Of a stretch of 64,000 nucleotides of DNA, positions 41,113-50,754 are shown one piece after another. Below the pieces are notes generated by a model. That model saw only the letters and a program-made list of their open reading frames with translations. It searched no databases and had not been told where the DNA came from. The first letter of the stretch is position 1; the number at the start of each line of letters is the position of its first letter. The DNA comes from Acidimicrobiia bacterium (lineage in GTDB: Bacteria; Actinomycetota; Acidimicrobiia; IMCC26256; PALSA-610), in assembly GCA_052148155.1 (NCBI GenBank), contig JBKQIY010000051.1, positions 878 through 64,877 on the forward strand. Reading direction: 5' to 3'. The position numbers and the translations under genes are program-made.

Positions 41113-42357
41113 CTAGACGATCATGCCGGCGGCGACGGTGTCGTTGCTTGCTTCGTCCACGAGGATGAACGAGCCAGTTTCGCGGTTGCGGCGGTACTCG
41201 TCGGACAGCAGCGGCTGGGTCGTTCGCAACGTGACCCGGCCGATCTCGTTCAGTGAGAGCGAGTTCGCGGTCTCGTCGCGGTGCAACGTGTTCACGTCGA
41301 GTCGGTATTGGAGGTCTTTGACGAGTGCCCGCGCCCATCGGCTCGTGTGTTTCACGGCGTACTTAGCGCCGGGGGTCAAGGTGGCGCGTTCGCTGAACCA
41401 GCAGATCATCGCGTCGACGTCCTGGCTCACCCGCGGACGGTTGTTGAGGCGGCAGATCATGTCGCCTCGGCTCACGTCGAGGTCGTCGGCAAGCCGGATC
41501 GTCACCGACATGGGCGGCACTGCTTCGTCGACCGGGCCGTCGGCAGTGTCGATGGCGGCGATGGTCGACGTGAAGCCCGACGGGAGTACCACGACTTCGT
41601 CTCCCGGCTTGTACGTGCCGCTTTGGATCTGACCCGCGTAGCCGCGGTAGTCGTGGAACGCGTCGTCGCGGGGTCGGATCACGTACTGCACTGCGAAGCG
41701 GCAGTCGATCAGGTTGCGGTCAGAGCCGATGTGCACCTCTTCGAGGTGATGCAAAAGACTGGTTCCCTCATACCAGGGCGTGTTGTCGGAGCGGTCCACG
41801 ACGTTGTCGCCGCGCAATGCCGACATCGGAATGAACGCGAGGTCGTGCACGTCGAGTTTGGTCGCGAAGTCGCGGAACTCGTTCTTGATGCGCTCGAAGA
41901 CGGCCTGGTCGTAGTCGACGAGGTCCATCTTGTTCACGCACAGCACGAGGTGCGGGACGCCGAGGAGGGAAGCGAGGAACGCGTGCCGCCGGGACTGTTC
42001 GAGGATGCCGTTCCGAGCGTCGATCAGGATCAGCGCGAGGTTCGCGGTCGACGCACCGGTGATCATATTGCGCGTGTACTGGATGTGGCCGGGCGTGTCG
42101 GCGATGATGAATTTGCGTTTGGGGGTCGCGAAATAGCGGTAGGCGACGTCGATGGTGATGCCCTGCTCGCGTTCGGCGCGCAAGCCGTCGGTGAGCAGCG
42201 CCAGGTTCATTTCTTGTTCGCCGCGCAATCGCGACGTGTGCTCGAGCGCGTCGAGTGTGTCTTCGAAGATCTGTTTCGAGTCGTAGAGCAGTCGCCCGAT
42301 GAGCGTGCTCTTGCCGTCGTCGACTGAGCCGGCCGTCGCGAAGCGGAGGAGCTCCAT
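41113..42357 (-). CDS. cysN: Sulfate adenylyltransferase subunit 1 (GTPase), without fused APS-kinase domain
   Basis: LLRFATAGSVDDGKSTLIGRLLYDS..DTPGH.QYTRNM.TGAS....L.IDAR.G...Q..RH. Length about 414 aa. Confidence 0.92.
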   Translation of the reverse strand: MELLRFATAGSVDDGKSTLIGRLLYDSKQIFEDTLDALEHTSRLRGEQEMNLALLTDGLRAEREQGITIDVAYRYFATPKRKFIIADTPGHIQYTRNMITGASTANLALILIDARNGILEQSRRHAFLASLLGVPHLVLCVNKMDLVDYDQAVFERIKNEFRDFATKLDVHDLAFIPMSALRGDNVVDRSDNTPWYEGTSLLHHLEEVHIGSDRNLIDCRFAVQYVIRPRDDAFHDYRGYAGQIQSGTYKPGDEVVVLPSGFTSTIAAIDTADGPVDEAVPPMSVTIRLADDLDVSRGDMICRLNNRPRVSQDVDAMICWFSERATLTPGAKYAVKHTSRWARALVKDLQYRLDVNTLHRDETANSLSLNEIGRVTLRTTQPLLSDEYRRNRETGSFILVDEASNDTVAAGMIV

Positions 42358-42358
42358 G

Positions 42359-43264
42359 TTAGAAGTAGCCCTCCCGTTTCCTGTCCTCCATCGCGGCTTC
42401 GGAGAAGCGGTCATCGGCTCGGGTCGCGCCGCGCTCGGTGATGCGCGCAGTCGCGACCTCGTCGATCACTTCGCCGATCGTGGTCGCGCCCGACTCGACT
42501 GCTGCGGTGCAGGTCGCGTCGCCGACGGTGCGGTAGCGCACGGCCTCGTCGAACACCTCGGCGCCTTCGTCGGCGGCGAGGAATTCGGTGACCGCCATCA
42601 GCATGCCGTCGCGCCGGAATACTGGTCGACGATGAGAGAAGTAGATCGAGGGCAGCTCGATCGCTTCGACCTCGATGTACTGCCAGATATCGAGTTCGGT
42701 CCAGTTCGACAGCGGGAACACGCGAATGTGTTCGCCTCGATTGTGCCGCCCGTTGTACAGGTTCCACAGCTCCGGACGTTGGTTCTTGGGGTCCCATTGG
42801 CCGAACTCGTCTCGGAACGAGAAGAACCGCTCTTTGGCACGCGCTTTCTCCTCGTCGCGGCGGGCGCCGCCCATCACTGCGTCGAACCCGTGTTCCTCAA
42901 TCGCGTCGAGCAGCGTTGTGGTCTGCAGGCGGTTGCGGGACGCGCCGGGCCGTGTGTCCTCGACGACCCGACCTTGGTCGATCGAGTCCTGCACCGACGC
43001 GACGATCAGGCGAGCTCCGAGCTTTTCGACCGCGGAGTCGCGGAAGCTGATCACTTCGGGAAAGTTGTGCCCGGTGTCGACGTGCATGACCGGGAACGGC
43101 AACTTCGCAGGCCAGAACGCCTTCGCCGCGGTGTGCGCCATGACGACGCTGTCCTTGCCGCCCGAGAACAGCAGCACCGGACGCTCGAATTCGGCCGCGA
43201 CCTCTCGGAGGAGATGGATCGATTCGGCTTCGAGCGCCGACAGGTGTGAAGCGATCCGCCGCAT
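42359..43264 (-). CDS. cysD: Sulfate adenylyltransferase subunit 2
   Basis: LSALEAESIHLLREVAAEFERPVLLFSGGKDSVVM.H...KAF.P.K.PFP..H.DTGHNF.E. Confidence 0.93.
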   Translation of the reverse strand: MRRIASHLSALEAESIHLLREVAAEFERPVLLFSGGKDSVVMAHTAAKAFWPAKLPFPVMHVDTGHNFPEVISFRDSAVEKLGARLIVASVQDSIDQGRVVEDTRPGASRNRLQTTTLLDAIEEHGFDAVMGGARRDEEKARAKERFFSFRDEFGQWDPKNQRPELWNLYNGRHNRGEHIRVFPLSNWTELDIWQYIEVEAIELPSIYFSHRRPVFRRDGMLMAVTEFLAADEGAEVFDEAVRYRTVGDATCTAAVESGATTIGEVIDEVATARITERGATRADDRFSEAAMEDRKREGYF

Positions 43265-43294
43265 GCGATTGTTTCGGCCGTCGGGTCGTTCGGG

Positions 43295-44005
43295 TTAGAT
43301 TTCGGGCCAGCCGTGCAGGCCGCACTCGTCTTTGCCGCGTCCGGCCCATCGACCGGCGCGGGGGTTGTCGCCCGTGTGTACCGGCCGGGTGCACGGCCAG
43401 CAGCCGATCGACGGGTAGCCCTGCGACGCCAGGGGGTGTTCGATCAGTTCGTGGTCGTGTTTGTACGACTCGATGTCGTCGTCGGTCCAGGGCGCGATCG
43501 GGTTGACCTTCACGATGCCTCGACCGACGTCGAGATGCACGATCGGCGACCGCGACCGCGCCGGTGTCTCGACCCGACGCAGACCGGTCATCCAGGCTTG
43601 CTTGCCGGCGAGGGCTCGGGCGAGCGGCTCAACTTTGCGCATCGCGCAGCATTCGTCCGGGTCGGTCTGCCACAGGTCGTCGGGCGCGACCAGCGGCTGC
43701 ATGACCGTGAGGTTGAGGTCGTATCGCTCGCGTATGCGCTCGACGTACCAGTGGGTCTGCGCGAAGTGGTACTGCGTGTCGAGGAACACGACTTCGATGT
43801 CGGGGACTGCGCGCACCGCGACATCGATGAGCACGCAGTCTTGGAACGACGCGGCCAGCACGACGCCGGCTCCGAAGCGTTCCCACGCCCACTTCACCGC
43901 GGCCGAAGCCGGCTTGTGCTCGAGCTCTTTGGCGACAACGGCGAGTTCGCCGAGATCGACGTCGACCAGCGGTCGCGATATTGCGGCGGCGTCCAGGAGG
44001 TTCAC
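43295..44005 (-). CDS. cysH: Adenylyl-sulfate (APS) reductase, thioredoxin-dependent, Fe-S type CysH
   Basis: SFQDCVLIDVA..FLDTQYHF..ECCAMRKVEPL..GCWPCT..DECGLH shows the Cys pair, CxxC and ECGLH motifs typical of the APS-reductase class. GTGA overlap with the sir stop. Confidence 0.88.
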   Translation of the reverse strand: MNLLDAAAISRPLVDVDLGELAVVAKELEHKPASAAVKWAWERFGAGVVLAASFQDCVLIDVAVRAVPDIEVVFLDTQYHFAQTHWYVERIRERYDLNLTVMQPLVAPDDLWQTDPDECCAMRKVEPLARALAGKQAWMTGLRRVETPARSRSPIVHLDVGRGIVKVNPIAPWTDDDIESYKHDHELIEHPLASQGYPSIGCWPCTRPVHTGDNPRAGRWAGRGKDECGLHGWPEI

Positions 44006-45789
44006 GTTGCGCACTCCCCGTCGCCAATCTCGGCAACGTACGGGCCGGTCTCGCCGTAGTCGACGAAGAACTCGGGCCCAAGGTCGGGGGTGGGGAAGTG
44101 GTCGAGGTCGTGCACCGTTTCGCCCACGCCCTTGGCGCCGCCGGAACGAGCGAGCCACTGCGAGAACTCCTCGCCGGCGTTGCGTTCCTCATTGAAGCGG
44201 CCGACGATGCGCACCACCGCTTCGGGTGCCGACTTCGCCGGAAGCTTCGAGGCCTTGTCGCCGAACTCGATCTGCATGTCGCCGACATGACCGCCGAGCA
44301 GCATCTGGTAGCCGGGTGCAGCTCGGCCGTGCGCGCGGCGCTCGAGCCCGAAGAAGCCGATATCGGCGATGTGGTGTTGACCACAACTGTTGGTGCAGCC
44401 AGAAATGTTCACGCGCACGCCCGGAACCTCGGCGAGGCCGGCGCCCTCCAGGGCGTCACCGATCGCGGCCGCGAGGCCGCGAGACTGGGTGACCGCGAGG
44501 TTGCAGGTATCCGCGCCCGGGCAGGCCACCACGTCGCGGGCGAGCTCGGCGCCCGGTTCGGCCATCCCGATGTCGGCGAGACGGTCATGCAGGCCGTGGA
44601 GGTCGGCTTCGGTGACGTCGCGCAGTGCGAAGTTCTGACGGTTGGTGACGCGCACGTCGAGGCCGAAGTCGCGCTGGATCTCGGCCAGGGCACGGAACTG
44701 CGCCGTGGTGATGTCGCCGAGGCGGGCGTAGGCCATCACGCTGGTCGTGCCCTTCGCGATCCCGCGTACGACGTTTGCTTCTTGCCAGCGGTCGTACGGA
44801 TCGGTCGCGAGCAGCTTCACCGGCACGCCTTTGATCGTGCCGGTCGGCGCGATCATCTCGCCGCCCGCGGGTGCGTCGCCCATGATCCGTACCTGCTCGG
44901 GAATGCCGCCCGGCCAGCCGCGTGCCGCCCGCAAGAACTTGCGTTCTTTGACGATGCGTTCGCGCAGTTCGTCGATCCCCATCGTGTCGACGAGCCATTT
45001 CATGCGGGCCCGGATCTTGTTGTCCCGGTTGCCGTAGTGGTCGAAGGTACGCAGGCACGCCTCGATTGTCGGCAGGAGGTCTTCGCGCGCGGTGAACTCC
45101 TCGAGTGCCTGCGCGGGATGCGGGTTGGCGCCGAGGCCGCCGGCGACGAACACCTGGAAGCCTGCTTCCTCGGTGCCGTCGGGGAGCGTCCGGGTCGTCG
45201 CGATCACGCCGACGTCGTTGAACATCGCCTGGCCGCAGTCGGTGGCGCAACCCGAAAAGTTGATCTTGAACTTGCGAGGCAGCCGCTGCGAGTAGGGGTG
45301 GCGGAGCAGCCAGCGTGCGGTCGCCTCCGCCCACGGCGTGATGTCCAGCTTCTCCTGCGGGCAGGCGCCAGCGAGGTGACAGCCCATGACGTTGCGAACC
45401 GTGTCGCCGCATGCCTCGCGTGAGGTCAGTCCGACCGAGGCCATCAACCGCAGAATCTCAGGGGTGCGTTCGAGCTCGACGAAGTGGAACTGCACGTTCT
45501 GGCGTGTCGTCAGGTGACCCCAGCCGCGGGAGTAGGTCTCGGCGATGTACGCGAACGTCTCGAGCTGTTCGGCGCTCACCCGGCCGTGCGGCACCTTGAC
45601 GCGCAGCATCTGGTTGTGGCCGCCCTGACGTTGGCCGTACACGCCCTGGTTCAGACGGAAGACGCGGAACACGTCCTCGTCGACCCGTCCGTCGAGGTAC
45701 TCCGTCACTGTGCGCTCGTAACGGTCGAGCTCTTCGGTGATCATCGGGTCGAGGATTCGGTTGGACAGTTCGCGGACGTCGATCGCCAT
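44002..45789 (-). CDS. sirA: Ferredoxin-dependent sulfite reductase (NirA/SirA family, sirohaem-[4Fe-4S])
   Basis: FRLNQGVYGQRQ..LRVKVPHGRVSAEQLE..TTRQNVQFH..SREACGDTVRNV..ISGCTNSCGQHHIADIGF. Confidence 0.9.
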   Translation of the reverse strand: MAIDVRELSNRILDPMITEELDRYERTVTEYLDGRVDEDVFRVFRLNQGVYGQRQGGHNQMLRVKVPHGRVSAEQLETFAYIAETYSRGWGHLTTRQNVQFHFVELERTPEILRLMASVGLTSREACGDTVRNVMGCHLAGACPQEKLDITPWAEATARWLLRHPYSQRLPRKFKINFSGCATDCGQAMFNDVGVIATTRTLPDGTEEAGFQVFVAGGLGANPHPAQALEEFTAREDLLPTIEACLRTFDHYGNRDNKIRARMKWLVDTMGIDELRERIVKERKFLRAARGWPGGIPEQVRIMGDAPAGGEMIAPTGTIKGVPVKLLATDPYDRWQEANVVRGIAKGTTSVMAYARLGDITTAQFRALAEIQRDFGLDVRVTNRQNFALRDVTEADLHGLHDRLADIGMAEPGAELARDVVACPGADTCNLAVTQSRGLAAAIGDALEGAGLAEVPGVRVNISGCTNSCGQHHIADIGFFGLERRAHGRAAPGYQMLLGGHVGDMQIEFGDKASKLPAKSAPEAVVRIVGRFNEERNAGEEFSQWLARSGGAKGVGETVHDLDHFPTPDLGPEFFVDYGETGPYVAEIGDGECAT

Positions 45790-46092
45790 AGGGCGGCTCC
45801 CGGGTGGGGAAAAGGACAGTGCGCAGGGCGAAAGAAGGACGCCGGCGCTCAGCGGACGCGCACAGAAGACATCTCGTCGTGGGTTTCGTGCGAAGTACGA
45901 CCCATCGAGATGCTGGCAGCGCCGCGGAACTGAATCACGACCTGCACAGTAGCCCATTTCCGATCCAAATGCCAGCGGCGGGGTCAGGAATTTCTTCCAC
46001 CATCATGGTCTAGTTCGTCCATTGAGTTGGTCGACTTCTGGTGCTCGTATCGTCGCGAGGAGTGCGCGTGTCCATCGGTATTCTCCCAACCC

Positions 46093-47811
46093 ATGCGCAT
46101 GTCGGTGCTATTCCTGCGCACGTTGCGCGAAGACCCGGCCGACGCGGACGTCGACAGCCATCGGCTGCTCCTGCGGGCCGGCTACATCCGCCGGGTGGCG
46201 ACCGGCTTGTACTCGTGGCTGCCGCTCGGGGCGCGGGTGATGCGCAAGGTTTCGGAGATCGTCCGCCAAGAGATGGACGAGGCCGGCGCCCAGGAGGTGT
46301 CACTGCCGATCGCGCAGCCGCTCGAGTTGTGGGATCGGACCGGACGCAACGCGCTCTACGGCGAGTTGATGTTCCGTCTGACCGACCGCAAAGACAGCGC
46401 GTACTGCCTTTCCCCCACTGCGGAGGAGGTCATGACGACCCTCGTCGCACAGGAGTACGGCTCGTACCGCGATCTGCCGGTGAATCTCTACCAGATCAAC
46501 TGGAAATACCGGGACGAGATCCGACCCCGTTTCGGGTTGCTCCGCAGCCGCGAGTTCCTGATGAAAGACGCCTACTCCTTCGACCTCGACGCCGCCGGCC
46601 AGCGCGAAAGCTACCGGCGCATGTACGACGCGTACCACCGGATCTTCGAACGGTGCGGGCTCACCTTCCGGCCGGTGGAGGCCCAGTCGGGTGAAATGGG
46701 CGGCGACGTCAACCACGAGTTCATGGCGGTCGCCGCGGTCGGCGAAGACGACTTCGTGTGGTGCAAGGCGTGCGACTACGCCGCCAACGTCGAGGCCGCG
46801 CGGCGCCAACCACCGAACGAACCGGATGCCGCCGTCCCTCCACCCGACCTTGCAGCGCGCGACAAGGTGCACACCCCCGATCTCGGCGCGATCGCCGGTG
46901 TCTCAAAGTTCCTCCAGGTCGCGCCCAACGAAATGTTGAAATGCATCGCGTTCGATGTCGGCGGCGAACTCGGCCTCGCGATCGTGCCCGGAGACCGTGA
47001 GGTCAACGAGTTCGCGCTCGCGGCCGCGCTCGCGCCCAAGCACGTCCGGCTGTTCACCGATGCCGATTTCGAGGCGCATCCCGAGTTGGCGAAGGGCTAC
47101 ATCGGTCCCGACTTCCCGGGGGCAGTGGTCGTCGTCGCCGATCCCGCGATCGCGGCGCCCATCGGCTGGGTCACCGGCGCCAACGAGACCGACCATCACG
47201 TGCGCAACGCGGTGCTCGGCCGCGACTTCCACGTCGACGTGTGGGCCGACCTCGTGACGATCGTGTCGGGCGACCGCTGCCCGCGCTGTCAGGAGCCGCT
47301 CTCCGTCGATCGGGGCATCGAGGTCGGGCACGTCTTCCAGATCGGCACCAAGTACTCGGTCGCGTTCGACGCGAACTACACCGACGAACACGGCGACCAG
47401 CATCCCATGGTCATGGGCTGTTACGGGATCGGCGTGTCGCGCGTCGTCGCCGCGATCGTCGAGGAGCACCACGACGAGCACGGCATCGCGTGGCCGGCCG
47501 CGCTCGCGCCGTTCGACGTCCACCTCCTGGTCGTACCCGGCCGTGGCGAACAGGCAGCCGAGGTGTTCTCGCAGGCCGAGCGCATCTACGCAGAGCTCAG
47601 CGCGCGCGGTGTCGACGTGCTCTACGACGATCGGGACGCCAGCCCCGGAGTGAAGTTCGCCGACGCGGATCTCATCGGCGTGCCGACCCAGATCGTCGTC
47701 GGTGCGAAAGGTCTGGCCAAAGGGATCGTTGAACGCAAGGACCGGGCGACCGGCACCCGTGACGACGTGCCGCTCGGCGAGATCGTCAATCGGCTCGATC
47801 CTCGGCGCTGA
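46093..47811 (+). CDS. proS: Proline--tRNA ligase (bacterial type with editing domain)
   Basis: MRMSVLFLRTLREDPADADVDSHRLLLRAGYIRRVA.G.Y.WLPLG.RV..K...I.R.EM...GAQE...P. Confidence 0.94.
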   Translation: MRMSVLFLRTLREDPADADVDSHRLLLRAGYIRRVATGLYSWLPLGARVMRKVSEIVRQEMDEAGAQEVSLPIAQPLELWDRTGRNALYGELMFRLTDRKDSAYCLSPTAEEVMTTLVAQEYGSYRDLPVNLYQINWKYRDEIRPRFGLLRSREFLMKDAYSFDLDAAGQRESYRRMYDAYHRIFERCGLTFRPVEAQSGEMGGDVNHEFMAVAAVGEDDFVWCKACDYAANVEAARRQPPNEPDAAVPPPDLAARDKVHTPDLGAIAGVSKFLQVAPNEMLKCIAFDVGGELGLAIVPGDREVNEFALAAALAPKHVRLFTDADFEAHPELAKGYIGPDFPGAVVVVADPAIAAPIGWVTGANETDHHVRNAVLGRDFHVDVWADLVTIVSGDRCPRCQEPLSVDRGIEVGHVFQIGTKYSVAFDANYTDEHGDQHPMVMGCYGIGVSRVVAAIVEEHHDEHGIAWPAALAPFDVHLLVVPGRGEQAAEVFSQAERIYAELSARGVDVLYDDRDASPGVKFADADLIGVPTQIVVGAKGLAKGIVERKDRATGTRDDVPLGEIVNRLDPRR

Positions 47812-48055
47812 CCGGCGCGCCCGGCGCGCCCGGCGCGACCGGGTCGTGCGGGCCGATACGCCCGAGTCCACGGTCGCCGGCTCGGAAAAGCGTCGCGACC
47901 AGCGCGACGACGCCCAACACGATCAGACCGACCGCGGCGCCCCACTGTGGGCTCACGTCGACCGAGGTTGCCTGCGTCACGATCACGATCGCGCCTGAGA
48001 TCGCGAACGCGAGCCCGAACAACAGGGCGAGCAGGTCGATGGGATGACGCGACAT
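47786..48055 (-). CDS. Small membrane protein (2 TM), last gene of the PspC operon
   Basis: MSRHPIDLLALLFGLAFAISGAIVIV..AAVGLIVLGVVALVATLF. TGATG coupling to the upstream PspC gene. Confidence 0.55.
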   Translation of the reverse strand: MSRHPIDLLALLFGLAFAISGAIVIVTQATSVDVSPQWGAAVGLIVLGVVALVATLFRAGDRGLGRIGPHDPVAPGAPGAPVSAEDRAD

Positions 48056-49389
48056 CAGTTCGCCTCCGAGAAGATGGTTTCCGCCCCGTTCGGATCGAAG
48101 CGGTGAACTTGCACGGCGCCGGCGCCGACGCGCAGATCGAGGTCGAGCTCGCCGCGGCGCGTTCCCGGCACGGTGCGGGTCTGCTGCGCGGGCCAGCCGC
48201 CGTCGTTCCCGCCGAACAGCAGGACCGCGCCGGCTCCGGCGTGTGCGTTCACGACGACCGTGACCGTGGCGGGGACGTCGATCACCAAGTTGCCGATCCC
48301 GAGTTGGGCGCGCAGCTCCGTGGTGTGGCCAGCGAGGGGAACCTCTCGCAGGTCGACGTCGAGCCGTCCGATGCCCATCTCGTAGTTCGAGCGCAGCTCC
48401 GAGCGGGTGGTCGGGATGTATTCGCGGTTGCCGGTGCCGCCGGTCAACGGCACGTCGATTGTCGCGGCCGGAAGTGTCGCGAGGAGGACCAGGATGCCGA
48501 GCGGGACGAGCCCGCGGGCTCGTCCGAACCATGCGGACAGCATCAGCGCGAGCCCGACGACGCACAGCGCTCCCGCGAGGATCTCGGCGGCCGTGAGATG
48601 GGTGGTGCCAGCATTGTCGAGCAGTGTCACTACGCCGCCGCCGATGAGCAACACGCTGCAGGTGAGCGGTGCGAGGAAGGCGCGCGGGCGCGGTTTGCGC
48701 GTCCGGGGCGTCGGCGCGATCGGCCAGGGTGCGGCCTGGGTCCATGCGCTCGGCGGAATCGGAGGCAGCGGCGGCGTCGGCAGGGTCGGTGTCGTCAGCG
48801 CTTCCCCCGACGACGCCGCCGACGTCGACGTCTCGTCGGGATTCGTGCCGGATGCGGGTGGTGCGGGAGCCGCCGCGCCGCCGGGAGCCCATGGGGGTGG
48901 CGCGGCGGGTGTCGAACCCTCGGGGTCGGTGTTGGGGTGGTGCAAGACGAGCACCGACAGTCCGGCGACGATCAGCAGCGTTGCCCACACGACGCGGGCG
49001 CCCTGGCGGAAGGGGTGGAACACTTCGCCGAACACGATGATCAGTCCCAGTGCGAGGAGCCCGAGTCCGACGATGTAGCCCGCGTTCCGGACCCGAAAGC
49101 CGTTGTGATCGTGCCAGAGCTCGCCGAGCGGGGCGGGATGCTCGTCGCTCGGGAATGCAAGCCAGCAGATTGCGTACGCCGCGACGCCGACTCCGAACGA
49201 GGCGAGGGCCACGACCACCCAGATCACGCGCATGACGACGACGTCGATGTGGAAGGCGTCGGCCATGCCCGTCGCGACGCCGGCGACCATTCGACCGTGC
49301 TCACGCCGCACGAACCGCCACGGCGCCCGCGGCGGCTGGTGTGGGGTCGCGGTTGCGCTGGGCCCGTTTCCGGGGGGAGTGGTATTCAT
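48055..49389 (-). CDS. PspC-domain membrane protein with Pro-rich linker and LiaF-like C-terminal domain
   Basis: RMVAGVATGMADAFHIDVVVMRVIWVVVALASFGVGVAAYAICWLAFP is the PspC motif. The C-terminus GIGNLVIDVP..VVVNAHAGAG is LiaF-like. Confidence 0.8.
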   Translation of the reverse strand: MNTTPPGNGPSATATPHQPPRAPWRFVRREHGRMVAGVATGMADAFHIDVVVMRVIWVVVALASFGVGVAAYAICWLAFPSDEHPAPLGELWHDHNGFRVRNAGYIVGLGLLALGLIIVFGEVFHPFRQGARVVWATLLIVAGLSVLVLHHPNTDPEGSTPAAPPPWAPGGAAAPAPPASGTNPDETSTSAASSGEALTTPTLPTPPLPPIPPSAWTQAAPWPIAPTPRTRKPRPRAFLAPLTCSVLLIGGGVVTLLDNAGTTHLTAAEILAGALCVVGLALMLSAWFGRARGLVPLGILVLLATLPAATIDVPLTGGTGNREYIPTTRSELRSNYEMGIGRLDVDLREVPLAGHTTELRAQLGIGNLVIDVPATVTVVVNAHAGAGAVLLFGGNDGGWPAQQTRTVPGTRRGELDLDLRVGAGAVQVHRFDPNGAETIFSEAN

Positions 49390-49424
49390 GGATCGATCGT
49401 GCTCGCGCCCCGCTCGACCCGGTA

Positions 49425-49440
49425 TCGGGGACATCCCCGA
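49425..49440. promoter_or_regulatory. Perfect 7-2-7 inverted repeat TCGGGGA-CA-TCCCCGA in the divergent PspC / histidine-kinase control region (candidate response-regulator operator)
   Basis: Read directly from the DNA. It lies 36-51 nt upstream of the PspC gene ATG (49389, minus strand) and 79 nt upstream of the kinase GTG (49519). Confidence 0.25.
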
Positions 49441-49518
49441 GCCGCTCCCGGACGGCGCGGCCACGGATACGGGTTACTCCCGATCCGGGCGCATGTGCGG
49501 CAGTGCGATCATCATGGG

Positions 49519-50754
49519 GTGAGCTTCGAACGGCAGCGGCTCGTGCGCCGCCACGACGGGCGCATCATCGCGGGGGTGGCGGCCGGCCTCGGAGACTCGA
49601 TCGGCGTCGACGCGAACGTCGTGCGCTGCGCGCTGTGCGTCCTCGCGCTCGCCGGCGGAGTCGGCCTGGTCCTGTACGGCCTGGGCTGGGCGGTGATGCC
49701 CGCCGCGGCGCGCGACGTGTCGACGCCGCGGGGCACCGACGCGATTTCGACGGTGGCGTTCGCCGCGGTTGTGCTCGGCGTCGTGCTGTTGGTGCGCGCG
49801 GTTGGACCGTGGCCGGGCGACGTGATCGTGTGGCCGCTCGGCGCGGCCATGGTCGGTCTGTCAGTGCTGTCGACCCGCGCCGGCGACAACGCGCCGGAAC
49901 CGCCAGACTGGCCGTTCCTCGATCGGCTTCCGGGCGACGCGGCCGACGCGGTCGCGGTGCTCTTCGGAACCCGCAGGGGCGCCCTCGCTCGAATCGTCGC
50001 GGGCATTGCGTGCATCGCGGCGGGACTCGGTGCGTTCTTCTTCAGCGCCGACTCGTGGCAGGCGCTGCGGGGCGGCGTCGTCGGCGCGTCGGTCGTGCTG
50101 GTCGGCTTCGCGTTGATTATCGGCCCGGGTGCATGGGAGCTCGTGCATCAGCTCGTCGGCGAGCGGCGTGAACGGATCCGTTCCGACGAGCGCGCCGAAG
50201 TCGCGGCCCACCTGCATGACTCGGTACTCCAGACCCTCGCGCTCGTCCAACGGCGCGCTGACAACCCGCGTGAGGTGGTGCGACTCGCACGTATGCAAGA
50301 ACGCGAGCTGCGCAGTTGGCTGCTCGGCCGTGGCGAAGACGCCGACGTGAACGACGGATCGTTGGGTGCCGCGCTCGACGATCTCGCGGCTGAGGTCGAG
50401 GCCGAGCACGGCGTACCGGTCGAGGTGGTACGCGTCCGCGACTGCCCGGCCGGAGGAATGCAACCACTCCTGTTGGCCGCCCGCGAGGCGATCGTGAACG
50501 CGGTTCGGCACTCGGGCGCGCTGACCGTGTCGGTGTACCTGGAGGTCGAACGTCAACGCGTCTCGATCTTCGTGCGCGATCGGGGCCGCGGTTTCGACCC
50601 GGGCGCGGTCGCTGAGGATCGTCGCGGGATCTCGGGGTCGATCGTGGACCGGCTCGCGCGAGCTGGGGGTTCCGGCGAAGTGCGCACAACCCCAGGTGAA
50701 GGCACCGAGGTCGAGATGTCACTTCCGCGCCTGACCGAAGGTGCCACCTCATGA
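49519..50754 (+). CDS. Sensor histidine kinase (HisKA_3 type) with N-terminal PspC domain
   Basis: GRIIAGVAAGLGDSIGVDANVVRCALCVLALAGGVGLVLYGLGWAVMP is the PspC domain. The H-box is ERAEVAAHLHDSVLQTLALV. The HATPase region is NAVRHSGA..VRDRGRGF. Confidence 0.85.
   Translation: MSFERQRLVRRHDGRIIAGVAAGLGDSIGVDANVVRCALCVLALAGGVGLVLYGLGWAVMPAAARDVSTPRGTDAISTVAFAAVVLGVVLLVRAVGPWPGDVIVWPLGAAMVGLSVLSTRAGDNAPEPPDWPFLDRLPGDAADAVAVLFGTRRGALARIVAGIACIAAGLGAFFFSADSWQALRGGVVGASVVLVGFALIIGPGAWELVHQLVGERRERIRSDERAEVAAHLHDSVLQTLALVQRRADNPREVVRLARMQERELRSWLLGRGEDADVNDGSLGAALDDLAAEVEAEHGVPVEVVRVRDCPAGGMQPLLLAAREAIVNAVRHSGALTVSVYLEVERQRVSIFVRDRGRGFDPGAVAEDRRGISGSIVDRLARAGGSGEVRTTPGEGTEVEMSLPRLTEGATS

Noticed and set aside
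40952-41338. N-terminal extension of the methyltransferase ORF (382-aa version)
   Set aside because: The upstream 129 aa are Arg-rich, non-protein-like sequence with no recognisable motifs. The conserved methyltransferase fold begins at the internal Met at 40951.
44006-44158. N-terminal extension of the cysH ORF
   Set aside because: It is Arg-rich sequence overlapping the sir 3' end. A GTG at 44005 gives a standard-length protein with a GTGA overlap.
47947-49518. N-terminal 524 aa of the 935-aa plus-strand ORF
   Set aside because: It is antisense to the PspC/LiaF-like gene and is Arg-rich. The real kinase begins at the PspC domain near GTG 49519.
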